This document shows positions 1-11,735 of a stretch of 64,000 nt of DNA, piece by piece (position 1 is the stretch's first letter; the number at the start of each line of letters is the position of its first letter). Origin of the DNA: Mobula hypostoma. Its lineage: Eukaryota. Where the stretch lies: contig NC_086097.1 of assembly GCF_963921235.1 (NCBI RefSeq), positions 177,942,001-178,006,000 on the forward strand, given 5' to 3'. Position numbers and translations under genes: made by a program. A model generated the notes under the pieces. That model was not told the DNA's origin, ran no database searches, and saw only the letters and a list, made by a program, of their open reading frames with translations.

Positions 1-89
1 AATCCTACAAGAAAATGAATCTGAAGGTAGTATATGGTAGCATAAATGTAATTCAGTAATAAATTTTCTTTGAACTTTTCTGATCTTAC

Positions 90-660
90 TAATCTCCACA
101 TCCTTCTCCTTGGTGACTATCTATCTGAAGCAATCATTTAGTCCCTCACTTACTTCCACCGGCTCTTTTGTCCTTGAGTGGTCCTATCTTCTTCCTAGCT
201 ATACAATTGTTTTTGATGTGTGTATAAAATCCTTTGGGATTCATCTTCATCCTCTTGCCAATGGTCCCATGACCCCATTTCATTCCTCAGAGGCCCTGTC
301 TGATTCCCTGAAACTTGCATGTGCTTCCATTTTCTCTTTGACTAAATTTGCATTATGTCTCAATCATCCCAGGTTCCTGAGCTTTGCTCTGCTGTCCTCA
401 CAGGATTGGTCTAGAATTTTGAATAGTGGGTCTTTAAATGACTCCCACCCATATCATATGTGTACTTCATCAATAACAGCTGCTGCTAATCTATTCTCCC
501 CACCTACTGCCTAATATTATTCTACATAGTTTCCTCCGATTTAGCGCATTCCCCCGAGATCCATTCTTGTCTTATCCATACCTAACTTAAAACCTAGTTC
601 TGATCACGGAACCCATGAAAACTTGCATCACCTTCTGGTCCTTCTTGTTAGTGACCACCT
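90..660 (-). mobile_element. Old CR1 ORF2 linker fragment
   Basis: Minus strand reads NPKGFYTHIK...RKKIGPLKD, homologous to NPKSFYRYIK...KIGPLED in 49011-49600. Confidence 0.6.
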
Positions 661-664
661 ATAT

Positions 665-1100
665 GGGTTTCAATGCAATGGATTAATATATGAGGAGCAT
701 ATGATGGTTCAGGGCCTGTACTCGCTGAGGTTTAGAATGAGGGAAGATCTCATTGAAAGCAATGGAATATTGAAAGACCAAGATAGAGTGGATAACAGTG
801 GGGCCAGAGGGCACAGCTTCAGAGTAGGGGGATGTCCATTTAGAATAGTGATGAGGAGGAATTTCTTTTGCCAGAGGGTGGTGAATCTGTGGAATTCTTT
901 GTCACAGATGGCTGCAGAGCTCAAGCCATTCCATATATTTAATGCAGAGATTGATAGATTCTTGATTAGTCAGGGCATCAAAGATTATGGGGGGAAAAGA
1001 CAATGGGGTTGAGAGGGGAAATAAACCAGCTATGGTGGAATGGTGAAGCAGACTCGATAGACTGAATGGCCCATTCCTGCTCCTATGTCTTATTGTGATG
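665..1100 (+). mobile_element. CR1 3' end
   Basis: GLYSLRFRMREDLIE...RRNFFCQRVVNLWNSL and tail ctcctatgtcttat; related copies at ~8930-9310, ~10500-11150 (+) and ~36110-36750 (-). Confidence 0.8.
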
Positions 1101-2638
1101 GACTTTGGATAGTCAAGCCAGTGTGGGACTTGTTCTGTGAATGGTAGGGCACTAGGGTATGCAATGGAACAGAGAGACCTAGAAGTACAAGTGCTTCACT
1201 CAGTGAGCAGTGTCTCAGGCAGATGGAGTAGCCTTTATCAGTAAGGGGATTGAGTGCATGAGTTGTGACACTATGAGGCAGTTGTACAAACTGTTGGTGA
1301 TGTTACACTTGGAGTACTGTGTACAGTTTTGGTCACCCTATTATAGAAAAATTCTCTTTGCAAGACCTTGAGTGTCTTCCTGAGTTAGCACCAATAAACC
1401 ATCTTTTCTGACCATCACAACACAATAGCTGAATGGCCTCCTGGGCATGAGTTTTCTATGTCTGTAAGCGTCCAGCTACTGTTACGGTAAATTGGTTTAT
1501 TATTGTCACTTACACTGAGGTACAATGAAATTTTGTTTAGCATACCATCCACACAGATATTTCATCATGTCAGTACATCAAGGTTATAAGGGTAAATTAA
1601 AACAAAATGCGGTATAAAGTATTATAATTACAGAGGAAGTGCAGTGCAGGCAGTCAGAAAGGTGCAAGGCCATTCAGTATTCTCCTAACAGTAGGATGGA
1701 AGCTGTCCTTGAGCCTGGTGGTATCTGCTTTCAGGCTTTTGTATTTTTTGTCTTATGGGATGAGAGAAGAGTGAATGTCGGGATGGGAGGGGGATCTTTG
1801 ATTATGTTGGTTGCTTTACTGAGGCAGCAAGAAGTGTAGTCCATGGAGTGAAGGCTGGTTTCCGTGATATGCTGAGCCGTGTCCACAACTCTGTTTGTTG
1901 AATCACAGGCAGAGCAGTTGGCACACCAAGCTGTGATGCATCGGGATAGGATGCTGTCTGTGAAATTGGCGAGGGGATGTCATTAATGTCATGTGACCCT
2001 CAACCACTGAGAAGTCTCTAGTGGGCATATTTAGAGGTTGTTTTACTGAGGCAGCAAGAAGTGCAGTCAGAGTTAGTGGAGGAGAGGCTGGCCTTGTGAA
2101 GTGCTGAACTATACTCACAACTCTCTTAAGTTTATCATACTAGGGGACAGTCCAATGGTCTTTAACAGTATTAGACTCAGAGCAGTTGCCATACCAAGCT
2201 GTCATACATCCACTTGAGTGGTGCATTTATAGTGTCGGTTATTAGGAATCATGGCCTTAAGTTGGACTCTATTTGTTATCTCATCAGTTCAAGTATACTA
2301 GATAGATTTGTCTCAGAGGGCATTTTGTTTATTGAATAAACAAGTGGTTCAAACTGATTAATTTATTCTAAACTCAAATTTTGGTTTGGTACACATAGTT
2401 ACATTTAGTCAAGAAGATAGATCACGAAAGGATGGAAATACTTTTCTTGAAGGACATAGATTTCAATACAGAGCTTAAAACCAAAGTTAGTGGATTTTCT
2501 GGCTGGGGCATGAAAGAAGTGGCAACCACTCAAGGCAGAGATGAGAAGAAATTAGTTTGCACTGTCAGCTGAAAGTACAGAATTTGGAATGGTGGTTTAA
2601 TTAGTCACAGATTAGTACATACCTTAGTTCATTTTAAA

Positions 2639-3075
2639 CAAGGCACACAAAATGCTGAAGGAACTCAGCAAGTCAGGCAGCATCTATAGAGGGAAATGAA
2701 CAATCGATGTTTTGGGCCAAAATCCTTAATTAGGACTGAAAATGAAATGGACAGAAGGTAGAATGGAGGCTGGGGAGGGGAGGGGAAGGAATACAAGCTG
2801 GCAGGTGATAGGTGAGACCAGATGACACTTATCCTAACCATTTAGCTCTTTCACCTCCCAGCTTTTCCCTTTCCCTTTTATTCCCTCTTCCCCCTCACCT
2901 GGTCTTACCTATCCCCTGCCAGTTTGTACTCCTCCGCCCACTCCATTCTTTTCCAGTGTAAATGTAGAGTGTCAGCCCAAAATGTCAACTGTTTATTTCT
3001 CCCCATAGAGTTCCTTAGACTTCTTTTGTGTGTGTTACTCAAGATTTCCAGCATCTTCAGAATCTCTTGAGTCTC
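2639..3075. mobile_element. Inverted pair of Penelope-tail copies inserted as one unit
   Basis: Minus-strand tail 2640-2825 plus plus-strand tail ~2840-3075, flanked by the 13-bp direct repeat AGTTCATTTTAAA (2626-2638 / 3076-3088). Confidence 0.7.
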
Positions 3076-6059
3076 AGTTCATTTTAAATCTTAGATCATA
3101 GTTAGAATTGGGTAATTAGTACTACAAATGCAAAACGTGCAGAAAGTCAGGAGTTCAGTGTCATGCTGTAGAAAGTTACAACCTGCATTAACTATTAGCC
3201 TGAGGACTTGCATTTATTGGATTTTGACCATTGGTGATGGGTGTTTCATGGTTGATCCTGGTTTCACTCCTTTGTGGTTGACAGTTATTGCAGTAAATTT
3301 GAGGATTTGAGATTTTACATAGATCAGAGCTTGCACATTCTGCCCATCAGTATGATCCTGTATTTTTTATATTCCCTCCTGACTTGGGTGGAGGTTTTTT
3401 GGCCCAGCCAGCTCTCAGAACTATCCCATTTTTTCTATTTCTCCTATTTATTTCCGTATAACCTATGTTCTTACACATGCCCATTAACATCCACTGATTT
3501 TCCAACCACCCACCTACACATTAAGGACACAGTATAGTGCAGTAATTACTATTAGTGTTGATTTATCATTGTCACATGAAAAAGATTCAGTGAAGGCTTT
3601 TGTTTATATGCCATCTGGACAGATCATGCCAAATCATTGAAGTAAAAAGAAAACAATGCACAATGTAGTGTTACAGGTACAGAGGAAGTGCAGTGCAGGC
3701 AGACAAATAAAGTGCAAGGCCAATGCGGAGTGGATCAGAGGGTCAGGAGTTCATCTTTTAGCATATGAGAAGAGTTTCAAGAGTTTGATAACAATGGGAT
3801 TGAAGATGTCCAGTGAGAAGATGAGAATGTCCATGGTGGGTGGGGTCCTTGATCATGTTGACTACTTTTCTGAAGCAGCGAGAAATATAGCTGGACTGAG
3901 TGGAGGGGAGGTTAATTTGTCTGGTGGATTTGAGCTGTATTCACAACAGAAATATCTTGCAGTTTGAGCAATTAACCTACCGACCTATTTTATTTGATTT
4001 CCCCTGAATCTCCTCTACTCCTCTCCATCCTTAGAATCATAGAATAATAATACCGACCTCTTAAGCCTATACGGTCCAAGTTGACCACAGCATCCTTCTT
4101 GCTAGTCTCAGTAGCCCGTGTTCAGTCCATAACCTTCCAAGTCACTCCCCTTCATGTACCCCCTGTTGCCTTCTCTCTCATGTCTTCCTCTCAAACACGT
4201 CAACAACGTTCATCTTTAACAAGTGCTGTGAGTTTCATGTTCTTACCCTACTAAAACTGAGTCACGCTCTGAATTATTGACCCACTGAAATATTTCATTA
4301 ACACTTGGGCTAAGTCGTCTTTGACCTGTATATCAATAATACAGCAGCAACATCAAACTATAGCAGTCTTGCTGGTCCTTGTCGACCCTGAGGGCCTCAT
4401 TACTGTCCTCTCTCACACTCAGCTGATAATGAGAAACCTAGGGGCTATCTGTGACCAAATTGTCCTCTACAGTGATAATGTCGTTGTATTTCCAAAGTTT
4501 CTCATTTGAATCAGTGCTTGAGATTTTGGTGGGGATGTATAAGTTTGGGTTCCTTGTCAGTGATGGATCTCTGGAGAAATTTCCACACATACCTGTGTTA
4601 GGAGCAATAGCTGTCACTGCATAGAACAATGTCACGATTGTATCATCTTCCAGGAGAATTTTCTCTGAAAATGCCCTATTTACATGTCGTCTGAATTTAC
4701 TGTGAAATGAGATTTGAGGAAAGAATTTGCATTTTTTTTTACAAACTGTATCTAATTCAAATAAAACTGGGGGCTATTAATTGTTTTACTTGCTACTTTC
4801 AAATGATCGCCTTTGCTGCTATCTGATAGTGTTAGATTCCACCAGAGGGGGTGAAGAGAAATGCAGTTAGGACTTGCAATTTGTCTTCCAATCATATGCT
4901 GGGAGGAGGGAAGAGCATTTTTCAGGAAATTGTACTGTGCACACTCCACATCTCACTGGTTTCCTTCTCCATCTCCTGGGGTGATGTTCAAAGTGCCTTG
5001 GACTGGTGTGAATTATAATACTCCAGCAAGAGTTTTTAAGGAGACAGCGAGTCAACCTGGTTTTGTTCTTGAAGAAGCTGTTTTCTTTTAATCATGAAAA
5101 ATTACATTTATTTTTCATTTTGCCTGCAGTTTATAACAATTGCAAAGTGGGACACAAATACAAGCTTTAGCAATTAAAATTCATTCTCTTTGTGCCCAAA
5201 GGCATGCACGTAATCTGTAGGACATTTAAAAATAAAATGTATACGTGCTCCTACTCTCTCTCTTTTACTCTGTCATGCCCCTCTCCCACCTGCAAGCCCC
5301 CTCTCACGCACAAGCACTCACTCGTGCACATAGATAGGACTGGAGACATTTTGTAGAATGCATCCAAGTCATTTGTGGACTTACACCACATTCAGATTTA
5401 TCATCACTGATTTATATGACATGAAATTTGGTGTTTTATGGCATCGGTACAGTATAAAAATATAAAGTTACAAAATAAGTAGTGTAAATACAATGTTTTT
5501 TTTAAAAAAAGGAATAACGTAGTGTTTATGGGTTTATGGGTTGTTCAGAAATCTGATGCCAGAGGGGAAGAAACTGTTCCTAAGATGTGTGCATCTTCAG
5601 GCTCCTGTACTTCCTGTGTTATGGTAGTAATAAAGCGAGGGCATTTTCCAGATGGTGAGTGCCCTTAATGATGGATGCTGCTTCTTCAGGTACCACCTCT
5701 GGAAATGTCTTTGAAGGTGGGGAGAGTTGTGCCCATGTAGAACTGGCTGAGTCTACAACCATCTGCAGCCTCTGACAATCTTGTGAATTGCAGCCTAAAT
5801 ACCGGGCTGTGATGCAACTAGTCAGAATGCTCTCCATTGTACGTCTGTAGAAATTCGTAAGAGTATTTAGTTATATACTAAATCTTCAAACTGCTAATGA
5901 AGTAGTGTCGCTGACATGCCTTTTTTGTGTTGGACCTGGATTGATCTACTTGGATGTTGACACCCAGCAACTTGAAATTGTTCATCCCATCTACCGCTCA
6001 CCTTCAATAATGGTTCTCCCAACTTCCTTCTTCCTAAAATACACAACCAGTTCTGTGGT

Positions 6060-7035
6060 TTCCATCACCTTCAACATGGGTGCCCCCCGGGGCCATGTGC
6101 TGAGCTGACTGCTGTACACTCTGCTCACAGATGACTGTTTAAACGCCTGAGTAATCATGTTGTCAAGCGCGACAGTGATGCTACAGTGGCGGAGCTCATC
6201 ACCAACAGCAATGAGACAGCCTACAAAGAGGAAGTGAACGAGCTTGAAGCCTAGTGCCAGGCAAATAATCTCTTCCTCAGTGTCAATAAGACAAGGGAAA
6301 TGGTTACCGACCTCAGGAGAACTTGCACCACTCACACCCCTCTTTATATCAGCAGCACAGCCGTGGGTGCTTTGAGCAGTTTCGAACTCCTTGGAGAGCA
6401 CATCTCACACAATGTCTCATGGTCCTCAAATACAAGTAAGAAAGCACACCAGAACCTCTACTTTCTGAGCGGATTGAAGAGAGCTGGACAATACACATCA
6501 ATGGTAGTAGAGAGCATCCTAGAATGCTGTTACAATGCATAGTACAGAAACTGCACTGTGGTGGACAGACAGGCTCTATCAAAACTGCTTAATGCATCAC
6601 TGGCACCAGCCTATCTACCGTCAAGGAAATATTTACAGAAAGGTGCCAGAAAAAATCCCACCCACTCTGCTCATGGACCGTTTGCCCCACTCCCACCGGG
6701 AAGTGTTGGGGGCGGGGGAATTTGTATCCATGACATGACCACCAGACTCAAAAACAGTTACCTTCCCCAAGCAGTAAGGCTGATCAACACTTCCACCCGC
6801 TAACCCACCCGTCCACACACCTCACCACCACTTTATTATTTCCTGTCAGTCACCTTACATACAGACACTTCTGTGCCTAGTGTCACTTTATGAACATGTA
6901 ATCAATCTATGTACATGAGCTAGCTTATGTATGTATTTATTTTTGCTTTTTTATTGTGTTCCTTATCTTATTGTTGTTTTTGTTCTGCTCTACATCCCTT
7001 CATTCTCCTTTACACTTGAGTGTTGGAAATGACAT
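6060..7035 (+). mobile_element. Rex1/Babar-type RT and 3' fragment, abutting a minus-strand copy at ~5390-6058
   Basis: GAPRGHVLS; KKAHQNLYFL; TTRLKNSYLPQAVRLIN; other fragments at ~9500-10045, ~13850-14620, ~18615-19060, ~22930-23225(-), ~24570-25055, ~30680-31070(-) and ~60040-60905. Confidence 0.75.
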
Positions 7036-8606
7036 TAAAAATTTTGAGTCTTGGTCCTGCTAACAAGTAGTACATGGTTGTTGTTGTGACACCACTCAAC
7101 CAGCCGATCTTCTCACTTCTCTACATAGCCTCATTGCCATCTGAGATTCTATCGACAACTGTAGATTGAGTGTACTGGCTGGGGTTGGGAACAGTGGATG
7201 AAGGCTCCTAGAGCAATGTATTAGGGACTAGACAGTGTCCACTCAGCCCTTTTGAGTGTCTGCTTGTATTTATTCATGACCTTGCTCCCACTGAATTATT
7301 TTAATTTCTTCATTCATTCGTCTCTTCCATCCCTTGCCATTACTCCCCTTTTTTATTATTGAATTAATCCACATGTGCCAAGACACAGTGAAAAACTTTT
7401 GTTTAGCATACCATTCAGACAGTTGATGCCATCCATAAGTACATTGAGGTAGTAAAATGGAAAAAGAATGCAGAATATTGTTTTAGAGTTACTGAGAAAG
7501 TGCTGAGCAGGCAGGCAATTGGATTGGGAGATAGGAGTTTGCAGAAGTTTAGGATATGATAGGTCCATTCAGTAGTCTTGTAACAGCAGGGTAGAAGCTG
7601 TCTTTGAACCTTGTGATTCATGCTATCAGGTTTTTGTATCTTCTACCCAGTGGGAGAGGGGAGAAGAGAGAACGGCCAGAATCTCAAGAAAGTCCTATTC
7701 ATCTGACATTCAATGGCCTGTGTTTGCTACCTATTCGCATTTATCCCTGAAGAGGATGTCTTGCTTGGTCATTTCAGAGATGCTACAATTAAACACGTTG
7801 GTGGATTTGGAGTCGCATAGAGTCAACCTGTTAAAAAGTGGCATGGCCTATTCTGGCTTTCTTCTGATATCCTACCTGACCAAAGAGACAAGCTCCGATT
7901 TGAAGGTGCTTTGATGGAACATAGAACAGTACAGCCCAGCGCAGGTTCTTCAGCCTGTAGAGTTGTACTGACATTTTAAGCTGCTCTAAAATCAATCTCA
8001 CCCTTCCCTCTTACATAGCCTTACATTTTTCTATCTAAGTGTTTTTTAAATATCCCTAACGTAACTGCCTCCACGCACTAACCACTCTGTTTTAAAAAGA
8101 AATTCTACCTCTGACGCCCCCCTGTACTCCAAACCACCTTCAAGTTATGCCCCATCTTATTAGCTATTTCCACCCTGGGGAAAAGATGCTGGCTGACAGC
8201 TCTATTTAGGCCTCTTGTCATCTTGTACACCTCCATTAAGTCACATGTCATCCTCCTTTGCTCGATAGGGAAAAGTCCTAGCTCGCTCAATCTTTTCTCA
8301 TAATACATTGCTCTTTAATCCAGACAGCATCCTGCTAAATCTTCTTTGCACCCTCTCTAAAGCTTCCACATCCTTTGTGTAATGAGGTGACTAGAACTGA
8401 ACTCAGTACTGCCAAGTTTTTGTATGGTATTTGAATGTTGCTGCTGTTCAATCACCTGAATGTGGGAACTCTTAAGATCTATTTCACAGCACCAGTTTTA
8501 GCATCATACAACATGGAAACAGGCCATTCAGCCCAACAATCCATACTGACCTAGATGGATGTCTTTTAGTCTCATTTGCCCACATTTGGCCCATATTCCT
8601 CTAAGC

Positions 8607-8655
8607 CAAGGGTTTAAACTAAGCCATGGCATAAACAAAAGGTTGGGAACCCCTG
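8607..8655. mobile_element. Shortened copy of the same hAT MITE family
   Basis: ccatggcataaacaaaaggttgggaacccctg is the reverse complement of the 46131 MITE end; imperfect TSD CTCTAAGC / CTCTAACC (8599-8606 / 8656-8663). Confidence 0.7.
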
Positions 8656-11179
8656 CTCTAACCCTATCCTATCCATGTATCTGTTTTAAGGTCCTTTTAA
8701 ACATTGTTAATGTACCTGCCTCAACCACCACCTCTGGCAGCTTGGTCCAGTCATGTTATTTTGGAAACTGTTGCTGCTGCAGGTTTCCCCAGAACTCCAC
8801 AAAGATCTTATCCAGTATCTCCCTCAAATATAAACCATTGTTCATCCGACCACTCCCTGGGGTACACATTGCCTTTACTGACTGCTTACGAATAAACAAT
8901 TCTGCATTTCTTATTATTCATTTGGTTTATTGTCATAGAAGAATCAGGGGATCAAATTGAAAATTACCAAATAGTCAAAGGAGGTGCAGGTGATGATTCC
9001 AATAGTGGGCAAGTCTAGGACTGGAGGGCACAGGCTCAAGATAGAAGGACATCCTTTTAGAATAGAAATGAGGAATTTCTTCAGCCAAAGGGTGGTGAAT
9101 ATGTGGAATGTATTGTCACCGATGGATTTGAGCCAAAGTCATTTGGTATATTTAAAGCGGAGGTTGAACGGTTCTTGAAGAGTAGGGACTTCAAAGATTG
9201 CAGGGAGAACACAGGAGAATGGGGTTGAGAGAAAAAATAAATCAGCCATCATTGAATGGTGGAACAGACTTGATGGGCTGAATGGCCTAATTCTGCTCCT
9301 GTGTCTTATGCTAGACACCAATCAAAACAAGAGCACAACATTGAGGGAGAGAACACCTGATATCCGAAGGTGTCTAGGCTCGTACAAGGCCTGCCCTTTT
9401 GACAAATGCAGAACACTGGATGCTAGAAACCTGGAATCAAAAGGGTAAACAAGGTATTTCCCATGGTGTTAGCTCATGACTGAGAGTAGGACAGGCAAGA
9501 CTTGGACCAGGTGGTCATCAACATCTCAGAGGATCTGTCCTTGGCCCAACAAACTGATGCAATCATTAAGAAGCACACCAGCAACTGTACTCGGTTTGGA
9601 GTTTGCGGAGAATCAATGGGTCTCCAAAGATTCTTAACATTTTTCCAGATGTATGATGGAGAGCATTCTTACTGGTTGCAACACCATCTGTTATGGAGGC
9701 GCCAATGCACAGGATCACAAGAGGCTGTGAGGGTTGCACACTCAGTCAGCTCCACCACGGGCACAACCCTCCCACCACTGAAGGCATCCTCAAGATGTGG
9801 CACCTCATGAAGGTGGCATCACCATCCAGGGCATGCTCTCTTTTCATTGTGGAGGAGATCCAGGAGCTTGGATGATTCAGAAATGGTTTCTTCAGAACGA
9901 TCCATGAATACTATCACCTCATTCACTTTTTATTGTATTATCTATTTACTTTTGTAATTTATTGTAATTTTATGTCTGCATTGTACTGCTGCTGCAAAAT
10001 AACAAATTTCATGTCATTTAAGTCAGTGATAATAAACCTGATTCTGGGCTGTTTTACAATGAAAACATTACTCAGTAAAGGGCAGAGAAAGCATATCGCT
10101 TCCTAGAAAAGTAGGTCAATCCCTCTGGAAGTGCATTGAATGGATTATTTACATATAGAATCAGAAACACTTATATATTCATGAAGTTTGTTGTTTTGTG
10201 GCAGCAGTACAGTATGACATAAAAAATATTGCTGTTACAATAAAAATATATAGTAGTGTCAAAGAGGAATAGTGAGGTGTTGTCTGTGGGTTCATGGACT
10301 CTTCAGAAATCAGATGTGGAGGAGAAGAAAGGTTTGCATAAAATCAATGTCAGTCACTCTGACAGGCTGACTACTCAATTATTCATCAGAACAGATAAAA
10401 CTACAGGTTCTGGAACCTGAAACAAAGAAATTGGAAATGCTGGAAGAATTCAGATGGTCAAACAGCAGATGGGGAAAAGAGAGAGTGCTTGTGTATGTAG
10501 TTTGTTTTGCAGGTGCAACAGGTTAAGAAGGTGGCAAATAGAACGTTGGCCTTCATTGCTAGAGGGATTGAATATAAGGGCAGGGAGTTTATGCTGCAAC
10601 TGTATGGGGAACTGGTGAGGGCACACATGGAGTACTGCATGGAGTTTTGATCTTACATGAGGAAAGATATACTGGTTGGTGCAGGGTAGATTTACAAGGT
10701 TGATTCAGAGGTAGGGGGTTAGCCTATGAGCAGAGATTGAGTCCCTAGGGCCATGCATTTGGGATTTCCTAAGAACGAGAGGGGACCTTATAGGCACATA
10801 TAAGCTTATGAGACAGGTAACATAGAGGCAGGAAAATTGTTTCTGCTGCTAGATGGGACCAGAATTGGGGGATGTAGCCTCAATATTCGGGTGTGGATTT
10901 AGGATGAAGATGAGGAAGATTGGCTACTCCCAGAGAGTTGTGAATGTGTGGAATTCTCTGCCCGCGGAAGCAACATAGACTACCTCATTAAATATATTTA
11001 AGATACAGTTAGATAGAATTAGGTGTTTTGCGGGAGAAGGTCAGTAGGTGGAGCTGAGTCCACCACCAGATCAGCCATGATGTTATTGAACGTTGGAGCA
11101 GGCTCAACAGGCCAGATGGCCTATTTCTACTCCTGGTTCTTGTATTCCAAACCAGTCAACGTTTCATGGATGTAGATTA

Positions 11180-11735
11180 GAAGAAATGCACCTCATGTTT
11201 CACCTTGGTAGTCTCCAGCCTAATGGTGTGAACATCGGTTTCTCTAACTTACGGTAACCCCCTTATCCCACTTGACTCCATCACCTCCCTTTCTTGTCCT
11301 CCATCTGTGAATCTGCCTATTTCCCACATACTCCTCCCTCTGATTCCCCTTCTTACCTCAATCCCATATTATATAGTCCACTGTCCTGACCTATCAAATA
11401 CTATCTTCTGCAACCCTTTGTCACTTCCATCGATCAACTCCGTCTCTTATATTATTCCCAATCTCCCTCACCTGTCAGCTCTTGCACCACCCCTTTTCCC
11501 CACTTTTTATACTATCTCTCTTCTTCCCAGTCCTGATGAAGGGTGTAGATCTGAAAGGTTGACTGCGTGGAGGCTGCCTGACCCTCTTGAGCTCCTTCAT
11601 CTCCTTGGTGTACTGCTGCTTCTGATTCCTTCAGTTTTGTTGAAGGGTTTTCTACTTGAAATGTTAACTATTTTCTCTTTCTACAGATGCTGCCTAACTG
11701 CCTGAGGGTTTTCCATCATTTCTGCCTTACAGATT
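11180..11735 (+). mobile_element. Older Penelope 3' end with hammerhead-like motif (11528-11565) and a second decayed one (~11632-11680)
   Basis: ggtagtctccagcctaatggtgtgaacatcggtttctctaactt = GIY-YIG C-terminus; CAGTC-CTGATGA-AGGGTGTAGATCT-GAAA-GGTT-GACTG. Confidence 0.7.

Noticed and set aside
4839..4853. CTCF site as a standalone feature
   Set aside because: Mismatch at the conserved GGC position; single motif hits are common by chance.
5390..7035. Twin-primed (5'-inverted) single Rex element
   Set aside because: Both halves cover overlapping RT-to-3' regions with different tails, so they look like two separate insertions.
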